This document shows, one piece after another, positions 46,552 to 58,869 of a DNA stretch of 64,000 bases; the stretch's first letter is position 1; every line of letters starts with the position of its first letter. The position numbers and the translations under genes were made by a program. The stretch is from assembly GCF_020745735.1 (NCBI RefSeq), contig NC_083409.1, positions 17,752,341 through 17,816,340 on the forward strand, given 5' to 3'. This DNA comes from Hemiscyllium ocellatum (lineage: Eukaryota). A model generated the notes under the pieces. That model saw only the letters and a list, made by a program, of their open reading frames with translations. It had not been told where the DNA came from and searched no databases.

Positions 46552-47839
46552 CTAATGGCTGGAGTTCATGATCCCGCACTCTGTGAAGGTTGGTGTGAAG
46601 TGAGGCCAGTGTGTTGGAGCTTGGGCTCCTGCCTCAGGCCCAGGTGTAGGGACCTGTTCAACAATTTGCACATCATCCTTTTTCTCTTTCTGAATGTACT
46701 GGAGTTTTCAAGCTGCAGTAACTTGCTTTCAACAAATTGCCTTGTCTGAAGTGTTCCCAGCACTGGACAGATCTCTGCGGTTGACTGTTTTCTCTCAGAA
46801 CCAGCTCTGTACTAAATGCCTGTTATCATTAGTTTGTTAGAGCTTATCTGTCAGCTGCTGCTTTCTTGCTATGGTACTGAAAAACAACATCAATGCCTCT
46901 TGAGATTTAAAAAAATACTCTGTCTTCATGAAAGTGTTTGGCAGACTTTTAATATCACTGAACAAACTAATGATGGGAATGCATCAGTGTTGTTTATGGC
47001 TGGGAGCATTTAACATCATGATCTTAGTTTTTAATGGATCCTCACTCGTGGTAATACAGTTTGCAATCTTTCTCTCCCCTTTCGAGTTATTAAAAGGCTT
47101 TGAACCGTGTTATGCTGAGGACAGTGCAACTTCAACACCGTGTGACGGAGTGGGTGGCTGAATTTCCATCTCATTATTGTCCAGCTTTCAAAGAAAATGC
47201 TGTACTCTCTGAAATTAGATAGTACCCAAGTTTTATACATATTGTGTTTGGATTTCATTTTTGGAATGCCGATTTTCGTAAAAATATCCTCTTCAGTTTT
47301 GTAGCTCATAGTTGTGTTTGTTCCCTGAGATACTGAGTGTTTACACAACACTCCATTTTTTCTGTGATCTAGTTATTGGCTGAAGCCTCTGATTGTTCGG
47401 TGAGTCCAAGCCATTGTCTTGCTCTCTGCAGTTATACCATCAACTCGGTTTCTTAGTGTGAGCCAGGAGACCACTGCGTGTTGACTTCCTATTCCACTGT
47501 CAGTGTAAAGGCAAGTGGGAACTGTCGACGCTAATCCTATCATGAACATCAGAACATTCTGCTCAGCTCGAAATACATACACTGACTCATCTCTTTGGCC
47601 GCCATTGCAGTAAAAGCAAATCTCTCCCTTTGCCAGCACAAAGAGAAGGTGTCTGTCAGATTCCCTCGTGTGTGATGGTTTAGCCCAATAGGAGCAGCAC
47701 TGTAAACCATGCTGCATCAGCCTGGACAGAAACCTGGGCAAGCTCCAAATGAAAGGATGACCTTCAGTGGATCTGCTACGACAGGAAGTATGGAATTGGA
47801 ATCCTTGTTCCCGAATCACCTCATCAAACCTAAATACAA
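46552..47839 (-). pseudogene. Unidentified decayed coding-like exon
   Basis: Acceptor ggtttatattttctcag at 47840; 155 open codons (VFRFDEVIREQGFQFHTSC...RTIRGFSQ), a stop, then more protein-like text with stops and at least one frameshift; no family recognised. Confidence 0.4.
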
Positions 47840-48449
47840 CTGAGAAAATATAAACCAAACCAATTTCCCAAGGACATATGTCACAACAAGAAAGTAGGGA
47901 ACAGACAGTTTCTGTCCCCTGTCTTTCGGGAATGTCCCTTTTCCTGTCCCACCTCTGTCTGTGAGGTACCATTTCTATCATCCTTTCTATCTGAGAATAT
48001 TACTGTTCCTGTCCCCACTATCTTAGGGAGAGTTTGGGGGTGTCACATCCACCCATTTTGTTAGTTCCATTTACTCTCATGAAATGGGTAATCCCTGCTT
48101 CACTATGTGTGTGTAAGCCACGTGTGAAAGCCCAGCACAGCTCACCCTTCATCTCAATCAGAACACAGGGTTGGGGTCAGTCCTGTCTGGACTCAGAACA
48201 ATAACACTGACTAACTGGAGACAACTCAGATCAAGTCCCAATGATAGTGCTATTGACATTCACCCTCAAAGCCCACTGAGGAGGTGGTCATTAATCCCCG
48301 TGTTGTCACAGAGTAAGTTCGCCCAGAGATTCAGGATTCATTCTAGATTTTACACAAGTCTGAGATGTTGTTAGGAGACAGGTGGGAAGGCATAGAGATA
48401 AAATATAAAAGGAGAGAGAATCATATTTTTGTTATACTATCCTTGAACT

Positions 48450-48900
48450 TAGGATGTTCGAAAATATTTAACACTCAATGGAATCCTTCCAACAACCAGA
48501 CATTATTGTAATCTGGGAACTGTGACAGCCTGGGCAATGCAGATCTTTTGGTAGCACCACCCAGAGACTGGAGGCTGCTACTGCAGGCAGGCGACAAACC
48601 AGCTTCGCTGTGAGGGAAGGACATTGGAGCACACAAGGACATGGGAAATAGGAGTTGGAGGAAGACTCCAACGGCTGTCCATCCTTTCTTAAATACAGAG
48701 ACCAAAATTGCATACAATACCCCAGATGCAGCCTCACTAACACCCCGTACAGTTTTAACAAGACTTCTCTGCTTTTAAATTCCAAACCCCAGACAATAAA
48801 GGTGAAAGTTCAATTCGCCTTCTCAATTACTTGCTGCACCTGCACTAACTTTCAGTGTCCCATGCACAATACTACCCAGTTCACTTTGTACTGCACTTTG
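48450..48900 (-). mobile_element. CR1 LINE RT fragment
   Basis: EFKSREVLLKLYGVLVRLHLGYCMQFWSLYLRKD (ORF 48468-48785), with a non-CR1 insert in the middle. Confidence 0.7.
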
Positions 48901-49099
48901 TTGGAATCTCTCACTATTTAAATAATAGTCGGCCTTTAGATTATTTCGACCCAAGTTCATGGTCTCACACTTTCTGATATTAAATTCCATTCGCTGTGGA
49001 TTAGTGTTTCATTTCCAGTTTGGTCTTCTCTTTGTGATTGACTGTCTCAATGCACGTCCCATTCCCCATTTGTTTGTGAGCCTGACCCTTGATTGTCTG

Positions 49100-51960
49100 A
49101 CCCTTTCCTGCTGGTTCCATTCAATGACAGGCAGGAGGTTGGAAGAACACAGCAAGTCAGGCAGCATCAGGCAGTGGAGAAGCTGATGTTTCAGGTGGAA
49201 CCCTTCTTCAGGAATGGGGGTGGGTTTAGGGAGAGCTGCAGATAAAGAGGTGGCGGGGGACAGGATGATGAAGTGGGGATAGGTGATGACAGGTGGAGGG
49301 TGTGACCTGGTTGGTCAGTGGGAGGAATGAATCTGGTAGGTGTAAGGGAGTTGTGGAGGGGAGGGAGAGGTGCTGGGAAGGGGGTCAGAGGATGTGAAGG
49401 GAGGTTATTTGAAATTGGAGAACTCAATGTTGAGTCATCTGGGCTGTATGCTGCCAGAAGGAAGATGAGATGTTGTTCCTCCAATATGTGGTTTGGTTCA
49501 TTGTGGCAATGGAGGAGGCCAATGATGGTCATGTCAAAAATTGAGTGGGAAGGGGAATTAAAATGGGTGCTGACTGGTAGGACTGCTCGGCCCCTGGGGG
49601 TCCGGCTGAGATGTTCGGTGAAATGTTCCTCAGTTTACGTTTGTTCTTCCCGATGTAGAGAAGACCACATGGGGAACACCTGATGCAGTAAACTAGGTTG
49701 GAGGAGAAGCAGGTGAACCTTTGTCTCACCTGGAAGGAATGTTTGGGGCCCTGGATGGAGGTGTGGGATTGCTGTACCAGCAGGTTTTGCATGTTTTCAG
49801 GTTGCAGGTGAAGGTACCAAGGGGTTTGGGATGGTTGCAGTGCGAGTGGCACAGATCAAGAATTATCGAAGGGAATGGTCCTTGTGGAAGGCAGCCAGGG
49901 GTGGGGAGAGGAAGATGTATTAGGTGGTGTGGTCTAGTTAGAGTTGATGGAAGTGTTTAAGAATGATGCATTGGATTCTGAGATTGGTGGGGTGATAGGT
50001 GACGACAATAGGGATTTTGCCTTTATTGTATTTAGAGGGGGATGGGTTTAGAGCAGTGGAACAGGAAATAGACCTGGTGCAGTGGATGGCAGAAGGAGGA
50101 AAAGCACATTGTCCGTAACAGTTGGACATCTGTGATCAGTGGAATATCTCCTCATCTGAGTAGATGGGTTGGAGGCAGTAGAATTGGGAGAATGAGATGG
50201 AGTTCTTACAGAATACTGGGTGCGAGGAGGTGTAGTCCAGTTAGATATGGGAATCTGTGGGTTTGTAGTCAATGTCTGTCTGTAGATTATCACCAGAATT
50301 GGAAATGGAGAGGTCAAAAAAGGGGAGGGAGGTGTCCGAGATGGACCAAGGGAATTTGAGGACGGGGTGGAAGTTGTGACCAAAGTCGATGAACTGCTCC
50401 AGTTCAGCCTGGGTGAAGTTTACTGCACTGATGCAGTCATTGATGTAATGGCGGAAGAGTTGGGGCACAGTGCCTGTGTAGATACCGAGGAGGGACTGGA
50501 CAACATAGTCGATAAAGAAGCAGGCGTAGCTGGGGCCTATCTGGGTGCCCATGGCCACCCCCTGGATTTGGAGGAAATAGAAGGAGTTAAAGTAAATGTT
50601 GTTGAGGGTGAGGACTAGTTCAGCAAGGTGGAGGAGGGTATTGGTGGAGGGGGACTGGATAGGTCTGTTGCAGAGGAAAAGGTGGAGGGTCTGGAGGCCA
50701 TCCTTATCGGGTATGGATATATATAAGGTCTGCACATCCATAGTGGAGATAAAGCACTCAGGGCTGGGGATCTGGACGTTACTGAAGAGATGGAGGGTGT
50801 GGTTGGTGTAGCCGATGTAGGTGGGAAGTGCTTGAACCAAGGAGGAGAGTTGAGGTAGGATGAGAGGAGTTTGGTGGAGCAGGAGCATGCTGGGACAATG
50901 GGTCAGCCGGGGGAGTTGGACTTGTGGATCTTGAGGAGCAGATAGAACTGGGCCTTGTGGGGCTGGGGGACTATGAGATTGGAGGCAATGGAGGGGAGAT
51001 CACTGGAGGCAATGAGGGCACTGATAATGCAAGTGATTTTGGCCTGATGGGTCACCGCGGGGTCATGGGCAAGGGAGAAGTAGGGCATGGTGTTGGAGAA
51101 TTGGCGTTCGGTCTCTGTGACATTTAGGTCTGTTCTCCAGACTACCACCGCCCCACCTTTGTCAGTGGGTTTGATAGTGAACCAGGGGTTGGTGCAGAGA
51201 GAATGGAGTCCTCAATCAGAGGGGGGGGGGTGGTAGGAGAGGGTGATGGGGGTGGGGGGGGAGGTGGAGAAATTGAGGTGGCTGATGTCATGTCAGTTGT
51301 CAGCACTGAAGAGGTCGAGGATGTGTATACAACTGGTGGTGGGGGATGGGGGGCAGTGACCAAGTGGAGAAGGAAGGTTGGAGGTGGGAGGAGGGGTCCT
51401 CAGAGGGAGGTTGGGAGTTTTTGTTCAAGAAGAAGACACGGGGGTAGAGGCGGCGGAAGAAGAGCTCCATGTCCTGGTGGGTGCGGGATTTGTTGAGATG
51501 GAGTTGGGCAGGAATGACTGTGAGCCCTTTCCTGAAGATGGACCTTTTGGCCTCAGAGAGTTCGAGGTCGGGGGTGGGGGGGGATAGCAAAAGTGGGGCA
51601 AGGCTCAGGGGTGAGGTTTTTGGGGAGGGCCCAAGGTGGCTGAAGGAGGGGGGGGAAGGGTGATGGCATATGGTGGGTGAGGGTTGATTGTGATGTAGCA
51701 CAGGGAAATGGGTGTGGGAGAGAAAGGAGATTGGGGCGGAGGTGGGTTGCGGAGTGAGGTGGGGGAGTGGGAAGGTGGGGATGAGGTGAAGAGGGAGAAG
51801 TGGAGGGAGAGGGTGCAATGTGGGGGTGTGTGGGTGAGGAGGGAGAGCGAGTGAGCTGGCTGGCTGAAGGTAGGCAGTTAGACTCAGAGTGACTCTGGGA
51901 AATGTAGTCAGAGTCTTGGTTACAGAGTGGGTAGGGCCAGGGGTTTTTGCAAAAGCTGGA
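49100..51960 (-). mobile_element. Decayed Penelope-like element (Neptune type), near full length
   Basis: RT: MDVQTLYISIP, GVAMGTQIGPSYA, YINDC, LPFFDL, YKPTDSH (50241-50888); GIY-YIG: FTCFSSNLVYCIRCSPCGLLYIGK (49529-49852); C-rich 5' and 3' regions. Confidence 0.85.
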
Positions 51961-51989
51961 GCGAAGTCAAGGCAGGTCCGAATGTTTTG

Positions 51990-52290
51990 ACCCGGGTTCG
52001 ATTCCAGCCTCAGGCAACTGACTGTGTGGAGTTTCACATTCTCCCCATGTCTGTGTTGATTTCCTCTGGATGTTCTGGTTTCCTCCCACAATCTAAAGAC
52101 GTGCAGGTTAGGTGAATTGGCTGTGCTCAATTGCCCATAGTGGTCAGGGATGTGTAGGTTAGGTTCATTAGTCAGGGGAAAAGTAGAGTAATGGGATAGG
52201 GGATTGGGTCTTGGGTGGGTTACTCTTCCAAGGGTCAGTGTGGACTTGTTGGGCCAAATAACCTGTTTCCTCACAGGAGAGATTCTATGA
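51990..52290 (+). mobile_element. HE1-type V-SINE (head truncated)
   Basis: cccgggttcgattcc B-box, V-domain tgtgtggagttt.cacattctcccc, tail gtggacttgttgggcc. Confidence 0.8.
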
Positions 52291-52509
52291 CAGTCCATTC
52301 CAGATTCCCACCACCCGCTGAGTTAAAATGTTCTTCAACAAATTATGAAACCTTTCAAACCATTCATTTTGTCTAGTGCCATTTAGCTCTTATGATCCTT
52401 GTTCAATAAATGTTTTATTCTTTTATATATAATATGAGTTCCCTGACAGGGACAGTTAACCTTGTCCAATCAGAGAGTCCTGGCTGACAGATGAAAAGGG
52501 GACAGTCAA

Positions 52510-53590
52510 ACGGCAGTGCTCGGACCCAACGTAGTGCACCAGTTGGAGGATGCTCAGGTGTGCGGTAGGATCCCGTCCACGCTCACCCCAGCCTGGACGG
52601 AATTTCACATTGGCCCCAAGGTCCCATACTTCCCGTGGGAGCTTGTGTCCCACAACCAGAGCCGTCACTGGAATTTTAATTTTGTCCCTTTTTAGGATGT
52701 AAAAAGGCGGGCCCTGTATTGACTGCTGCTGCACACCGTCCACCTCTTCTCCCTCATCCACCGTCCTGACACGCCTTGGCATGCCCATGTGCCACACGGC
52801 GGTGGGGATCCCCAGTGGAAGGCTCTCTATGCAGGAGTCCTTTCCCTTTCTCTCGGGGATCTGGGGTGTTGCGCACAGCGGTCCCCTGCAACCGCAGATT
52901 GCGGTGGTTCACGGACTCCCAGCACAACTGCTTGTTCTGTGGTGCTGTGGAGTCCGTGGAACATACATATATTGGGTGTGGGCGTTTGCACTCCCTTTTT
53001 GATTTTCTTAAAAACCTCCTCCTCTGCTTTTGGTTGCACTTCAGTCCCACGCTCCTGATCTTTGGGCACCTGGTTAGGAGGAGGGAGAGCAAGTCTGAAG
53101 ACCTCCTCGTGGGTCTGCTCCTGGGCCTGGCCAAACTGGCCATAAACAGGTCCAGGCAGCAAGCCATGGAGCAGGTCGCTAAGGCCGCCTGCCTGCCCCT
53201 CTTCCGTGGTTATGTTAAAGCCCGGGTGTCCTTGGAGAAGGAGCATGCGGTCTCCACCAACACCCTGGAGTTGTTCAGGGAGAGAGGGGGCGCCGCAGGG
53301 AGTGGAGTGCATTATCTCCTTCTCCAACTCTATTTTGATTTAATCCCTGCCCTCCCCTTCACTGTTTGATCACACAGCATTGCCCTTTGATGCGAAGGGC
53401 ACTGCTTGTCACAGGCCACTCGGGTGTTTCCTTTCTTCCTGGTGGTGGAAACTGAATAAAGATTCAGACACCTTGTTCTCTCACTGTCTCTCACACCTGC
53501 ACACACACAACATGGGTGCTATGGAAAAAATAAGCACTACAGCAGTTAGGCCGTAGTGTGGGGGTAATAGAGAAATAAAATAAACAGGAG
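52510..53590 (+). mobile_element. 3' fragment of a second Tx1-clade family
   Basis: LLLHTVHLFSLIHRPDTPW, CLFCGAVESVEHTYIGC, LLVGLLLGLAKLAINRSR; 3' UTR with AATAAA and A-rich end. Confidence 0.8.
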
Positions 53591-54418
53591 TGTCAGAGGT
53601 TCTAAAAACAAGAAAATGGGACTGTCAGAAGGACTGATACTCTAGGACCTGATTCTGAATAACAACCTGCGAACCAACCCCCTCCTTCTGTCATCCTCAA
53701 TCTCCCCATGCTTACGCTTGATGCCCCTTCGATCCAGCTTGTGCTGCCTTTGGGAGAGGCTGACCTTCCCTCCCTACCTCACCCAGGAACATGGTCATCA
53801 TCCTAAAGGAGCACAGTCACGTTTTTAACCTGAGGGGCATCACAGCTGGGACAGGAGGAGAGAACTTGGCACCTTCATGGTGGTCATACCTGTCATTAAT
53901 CCACTGCAACCTCTCTTGGGGCTGCAAGAATTCAACCTCCCTCCCACCCTGGAATGTAATATTGCTGCTTCTAATTTTGGGCTAATTGACAACTGAAATA
54001 CAACTATGGTGAGCCAGCATTGGCTGGGCAGGCAGCCACTACTGCTCTGAGCCTGTATCCAGAAAATCCCCTTGTAATTGGGCAGCACATTAGGGAGCAC
54101 AGTGCCCACTGCCTCTGAAATCACTCCCTTACCGAGAATACACTCTCAGCTGCCATCTGAATTTACTATAAACTCTGTCCTGTGATCCTGCCCCTCCATC
54201 TACATGAGGAAGGAACAGCGCACCGAGTCCTTCTACTTCCAAATAAACCTGTTTGACTCAAACCTGGTATTGTGTGCTTTTTAACTTTGGCCATCTGAAT
54301 GAACTGCCTCTCAGACTGAATCAGCTGAGCTGATTCCTGATTTGAGAAGATTAAAGTCTAATCTTCAATCCCCAGCACAAAGCCCATTCTCAATCCATCG
54401 CTCGGAGACACAGACCTC

Positions 54419-54640
54419 AGAGACACCTACAGGCAGCACAGAGTAACACACTCGCACTGAGAGAAACACCTACAGGTTGCACTAAGTAACACACTCGCAC
54501 TGAGAGAGACACCTACAGGCTGCACTAAGTAACACACTCGCACTGACAGAGACACCTACAGGCAGCACTAAGTAACACACTCACACTGAGAGAGACACCT
54601 ACAGGCTGCATAAAGTTAAACACTCACATTGTGAGAGACA
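54419..54640. repeat. 43-bp minisatellite, ~5 copies
   Basis: Consensus agagacacctacagg(c/t)(a/t)gcactaagtaacacactcgcactgag starting at 54419, 54462, 54505, 54548 and 54591. Confidence 0.95.
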
Positions 54641-54987
54641 CAGCCGACAAAGTCTGTGAATGACTGAAGATTGTTTCAGGGGCTACCCAACATGCCACAG
54701 AGATTGCACAGTGCAATCCCATCAGCTGGGCCTGGAGGGAATGCGTCAGATTGTACTTATTGAGTCCTAACAACTTTCAGTTTCTGTTCTTTTTGGAATC
54801 TTGTAACCTGCATAAATTCCTGACCAAAGGAATTATGTGAAAATGATTAATGAATGATGATTGTAATTGATTGACAAGCCAAGCAACCAATTATGACAAT
54901 GACCTGCTGAAATGCAGCCAATCAACTGGGGGGCGGGAAAGGTCATCTATTTCCAAAGCACACAGAGACAGAGACTGAATCTTCATC

Positions 54988-54993
54988 TTTATT
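54988..54993 (-). promoter_or_regulatory. Candidate polyadenylation signal for the IgL C transcript
   Basis: First AATAAA seen on the minus strand downstream of the exon, ~520 nt after the native stop. Confidence 0.35.
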
Positions 54994-55514
54994 CCCTTTT
55001 TCAGAATCACATTGACAGAAAAAAAACTGCAATTAACAGCCCAGACAGAGAAAGCTGCTCAAAATCACAGCCACAATTGAGTTTAAGGAAAACACTGTGG
55101 AGATTTGCTCAATAACATGAGAATCCTGTCCCTTTAAACAGTGACAAAACCTTAAATTGGAACTGACAGCTCAGCAGGAAGGAGATCTGGTTTACTGAAG
55201 CAGAGAATTCTGAGGTTCACATTGTTTTGTACAGCTGACAGTCTTCAGCAACTTCAAGAGAATTTACTTGGCATACAGTCAACACTTCCGCATCAAACAC
55301 TCCCCGGACAAGGACAGCATGAACTTTGACATAGTGTAATGTCTCTCAAAACTGTCGCAGTGACCGACTTCAACATCCAAACCTCAGACGTATCTCTGAG
55401 CCAGTCCTGACAAGGAAGGGAGTTGAAATTCAGTGCTAACAATGACCTTTGTCCTGTCAGCTCAGCTCTATTCTAAGTAAAGTTGTGTCTCCTCTGTGGA
55501 CTGTCTCCAACACT

Positions 55515-55842
55515 TTACACACATTCTGATCTGCTGATGCTCTCTCTGAGGGAGACGGGAGGGTCACATGGGTGAGGGCACAGGACAAACGAGCGTCGGA
55601 CTCCCAGTCAGACCCAGAGAGGGTCAGCATGCTGCTGACACTGTAGGTGCTGTCCGAAGCTCGCAGGTAGTTGCTGATCTGAACCCCGTCCGAAATGACT
55701 GCACCATCCTTCTTCCACTGCACCTCCAGCTCATCGGGATAGAAGTGATTGGCAAGGCACACCAGGGTGGCAGTGCCCTTGGCATTGACCTGCTCCAGGG
55801 AGGGGGGCAGCAGGGTCAGCTTGGGCTGAGAGTTCTCACGGC
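55515..55842 (-). CDS. Immunoglobulin light-chain constant exon, shark type I (NS5/sigma-cart-like), with 1-nt deletion near 3' end
   Basis: Acceptor gtttctcttgtctttcag, phase-1 start; (G)RENSQPKLTLLPPSLEQVNAKGTATLVCLANHFYPDELEVQWKKDGAVISDGVQISNYLRASDSTYSVSSMLTLSGSDWESDARLSCALTHVTLPSP with the C1-set Cys-Trp-Cys intact. The native ending SISRSECV* lies in another frame (TAA 55517-55515); the shifted frame stops at 55457. Isotype assigned from recalled shark sequences. Confidence 0.9.
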
Positions 55843-56559
55843 CTGAAAGACAAGAGAAACAATTTTAATCCCTGCCAAACAAATGGATTTTGACTCTCAG
55901 TATATTCACTGGCAATACAATCTTATTGACCATTTATAGTCAATACAGAATAAACTCGACAAAAGAACAGGTATTGTTTAAATTGCTTCTTGGGATATGA
56001 GAGTCACTGCCAGGACCAGCATTTATTGCCCATCCCTAATTGCCCCGGAGAAGGTGATGGTGAAAGAGAAGGGACAGTTTTAGACCATTGTTTAGGGAAT
56101 AAATATGGGCAGCTGGAAGGACTATCAATGGGAGAGCATTTCAGTGACAGTGATCAGAACTCAGTGAGACTGAGAGTAGGGATGGAAATGGAGAACAATG
56201 GAGCAAGTGTAAAAGATTTCATTTGGGAATGTACTATTTTACTAAACTGTGCAGTGATTTAGCAAAAGTGGACTGAAACTGTGGATGGAATATCAGTGTC
56301 AGGGCAGTGCAAGGCCTCGAATGATGAGACAGAGATTGTTCAGAATCTGTTCCCACAATGAGTAAGGGTGAGACTCCCAAATATAGACTCTCAGCCTGGG
56401 ATGTCAAAAGGCAGCAGAGTAGGGAAGACCAAACAGTGATGGTGATGTTGGTTATCTGGAGATCAAACCTGCAGAAAGCTGAGAGGAGGATAGAAAATGC
56501 AGGGGTGACATTGAACAGGACCTGAGGAAAGCAAAGAGCTGACAGGATGAAGTATGTCC

Positions 56560-57240
56560 AACTGAATCAGGGAAATCCCAATGAACAAGAGGATTGGGGG
56601 TCATGTACTGACATGGATTGGGAACTGGTTGGCAGACAGGACAGAAACAACAAGTCTTTTCCTGAATGGCAGGTAGTTACCAATTGTCATACTACAGGGG
56701 TCAGTCCTTGGTAACCCAGTTATTCATAATATACAATCATAGAATCATAGAGACCCAAAAGGCCCATCAGCCCATTGTGTCCATACTGATCAAAAAATAA
56801 CAACCCAATAATTCTCATCCATTCTTCCAGCATGAGGGAATTAGATGTGGTATGTGTTCAAGAAGGAATTAGATATTGTTCTTAGGATTAAAGGGATCAA
56901 AGAATGTGGGGAGAAAGCAGGAACAGGGGATTGTGTTGGATGATCAGCCATGATCATATTGAATGGTGGAGCATTCGAGGTGTGTAAAATGATGAGGGCC
57001 CTGGACAGAGTGGGTAGGAAGGACTGATTTCCATCAGCAGAAAAGCAATAGCCATGGAGAGAGATTGAAATGAATTGGGGCAGGGTTTGAGGGGAGTTGA
57101 GGAGTAACTGTTTCCACCCAGAGGCTGGTGAGAACTGGGACTTACTGACTGAAAGGGTGGGAGAGGCCAAAACCATCATCACATTGAAAAAACACTTGGT
57201 CATTCACTTGAAACAGCGAAGCCTCCAGAGCTATGGAGCA
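56560..57240 (+). mobile_element. Decayed CR1 fragments
   Basis: ggattgggaactggttggcagacagg, gggtcagtccttgg, and CR1 3' tail pieces. Confidence 0.55.
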
Positions 57241-57814
57241 AAAGCTGGAAAGTGGGATGGAGCTCAATACATCTTTAACAAACCTGCTATCACCCACAGA
57301 TCAGGAGAACTTTATCCGAGAACATTGGAGCAGACTTGGATCCACACACTTCATTGGGTGTCCATGTGGAAGGTTCCAGATTACATTTCAAACCTTGCTG
57401 CACACGAATGGGCTGGAATCAAGGGTGAGGCTACAAAGAGTCTCACTGCCCCAGGGTCAGCCAAGGTCACTTCTCCTAATGACTCAATGACCCCTGGAAG
57501 GTGAGAGTACACGGACAATGGGTGATGGTCAGGATCAGGAAGCTCCAACCTTAAAGAAAGACTTGAATTTGTGTAGCACCTGTTCCCAACTCAGGATGCC
57601 CCAATGGCTCTTTCCAGCAGAGTGTGCACAGTAAGATCCCAAACACATTATGATAATTAGCAGGGAAATAGATTTTTATTGATTTTGATTGGGGTATAAG
57701 TATTGACCAGGGCACTGGGGGAACTGCCTGCTCTTCCTCCAATGGTGTCATGGAATGGCATCTTTCACAACTGAAGGATTCCCAGTTCATCCAAAAAAAA
57801 GTATAGTTCCTTCA

Positions 57815-58490
57815 AAGTGGAGTTGCAGGTCGATAGTGTGGTGAAGATGTTGTTTGGTGTACTTTCCTTTATTGGGCAGTGCATTGAGTATTGGAGTTGG
57901 GAGCTGTTGCGGCTGTACAGGACATTCGTTCGGGCACTTTGGGAATACTGTGTGCAATTCTGGTCTCCCTGCTACAGGAATAATGTTGTAAATCTTAAAA
58001 TGCTTCAGAAAAGATTTACAAAGATGTTGCCAGGGTCGGAGGGTTTGAGCTATCTGGAGAGGCTGAATAGGCTGAGGCTATTTTCCCTGCAACTTTGGAG
58101 GCTGAGGGGTGACAATATAATGGTTCATAAAATCTTGAGGGGCATAGATAGGGTGAATAGAGAAGATCTTTTCTCCAGAGTGGGGCAGTTGAAAACTAGA
58201 AGGCATAGGTTGAAGGTGACAGGGGAAAGATTTAAAAGGGACTTAAGGGCCAACCTTTTCATAAGGAGGGTGGTACATGTATGGAATGAGCTGCCAGAGG
58301 AAGTGGTGGAGGCTGGTAGAATTACAGCATTTACAAGGCATCTGGATGGGTATATGAACAGGAAGAGTTCAGAGGGATATGGGCTAAATGCTGGCAAAGG
58401 GGACTAGATTAATTTCGGATATCTGGTCAGCATTGATGAGTTGGATTGAAGGGTTGGTTTCCGTGCTGTACAAATCTCTGACTCCAACTG
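57815..58490 (+). mobile_element. CR1 LINE 3' end
   Basis: ORF 57817-58407 (EYCVQFWSPCY...QKRFTKMLPG...WNELPEEVVEAG) and tail. Confidence 0.9.
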
Positions 58491-58869
58491 AAGTTCACTT
58501 GAACCCTTAACACCTCAGGCTCTCCCAAAGACATTTATTGACAGTTTTGTTTGAAAACCAGTCACTGTTACAATGTCGGGAAAGTGGCAGCCAGTTTCTA
58601 CTCAGCAAGATCCCATAAAAAGCAATGAGATCAAAGACCACTGTTAATGATGATGGTTCAAAGATAAATATTGTCCTGAACTCAACCCAAAGACCCAACA
58701 ATTGGGTTCAGTTGGATGGGAAATGAGGAAATGGAGTGGAAAGGAGCAGGTAGGTTGGTGGTTAGTGATGGGATTGATTGTTACCAGAAAATAAAAGGAA
58801 GGGGCAGAATTTTTGAATATCAAAGGAACCTTGAAAGTGCAGGGAAAATCAATAATAGAACAAACTCAA

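Noticed and set aside
51200-51860. G-rich tract as a special G-quadruplex or switch-like region
   Set aside because: It is the complement of the C-rich 5' part of the Neptune-type Penelope; also, sharks lack classical switch regions.
51939-51947. Nonamer-like GGTTTTTGC
   Set aside because: No heptamer at 12 or 23 nt; lies at the edge of a Penelope remnant.
54419-54640. Regular 43-bp repeat as a CRISPR-like array
   Set aside because: Units are contiguous with no unique spacers, in eukaryotic DNA.
54702-54718. CACAGTG at the centre of palindrome gattgcacagtgcaatc (also CACAGTG at ~54098, CACTGTG at ~55093) as RSS
   Set aside because: No nonamer at 12 or 23 spacing where checked, and the sites lie 3' of the C exon.
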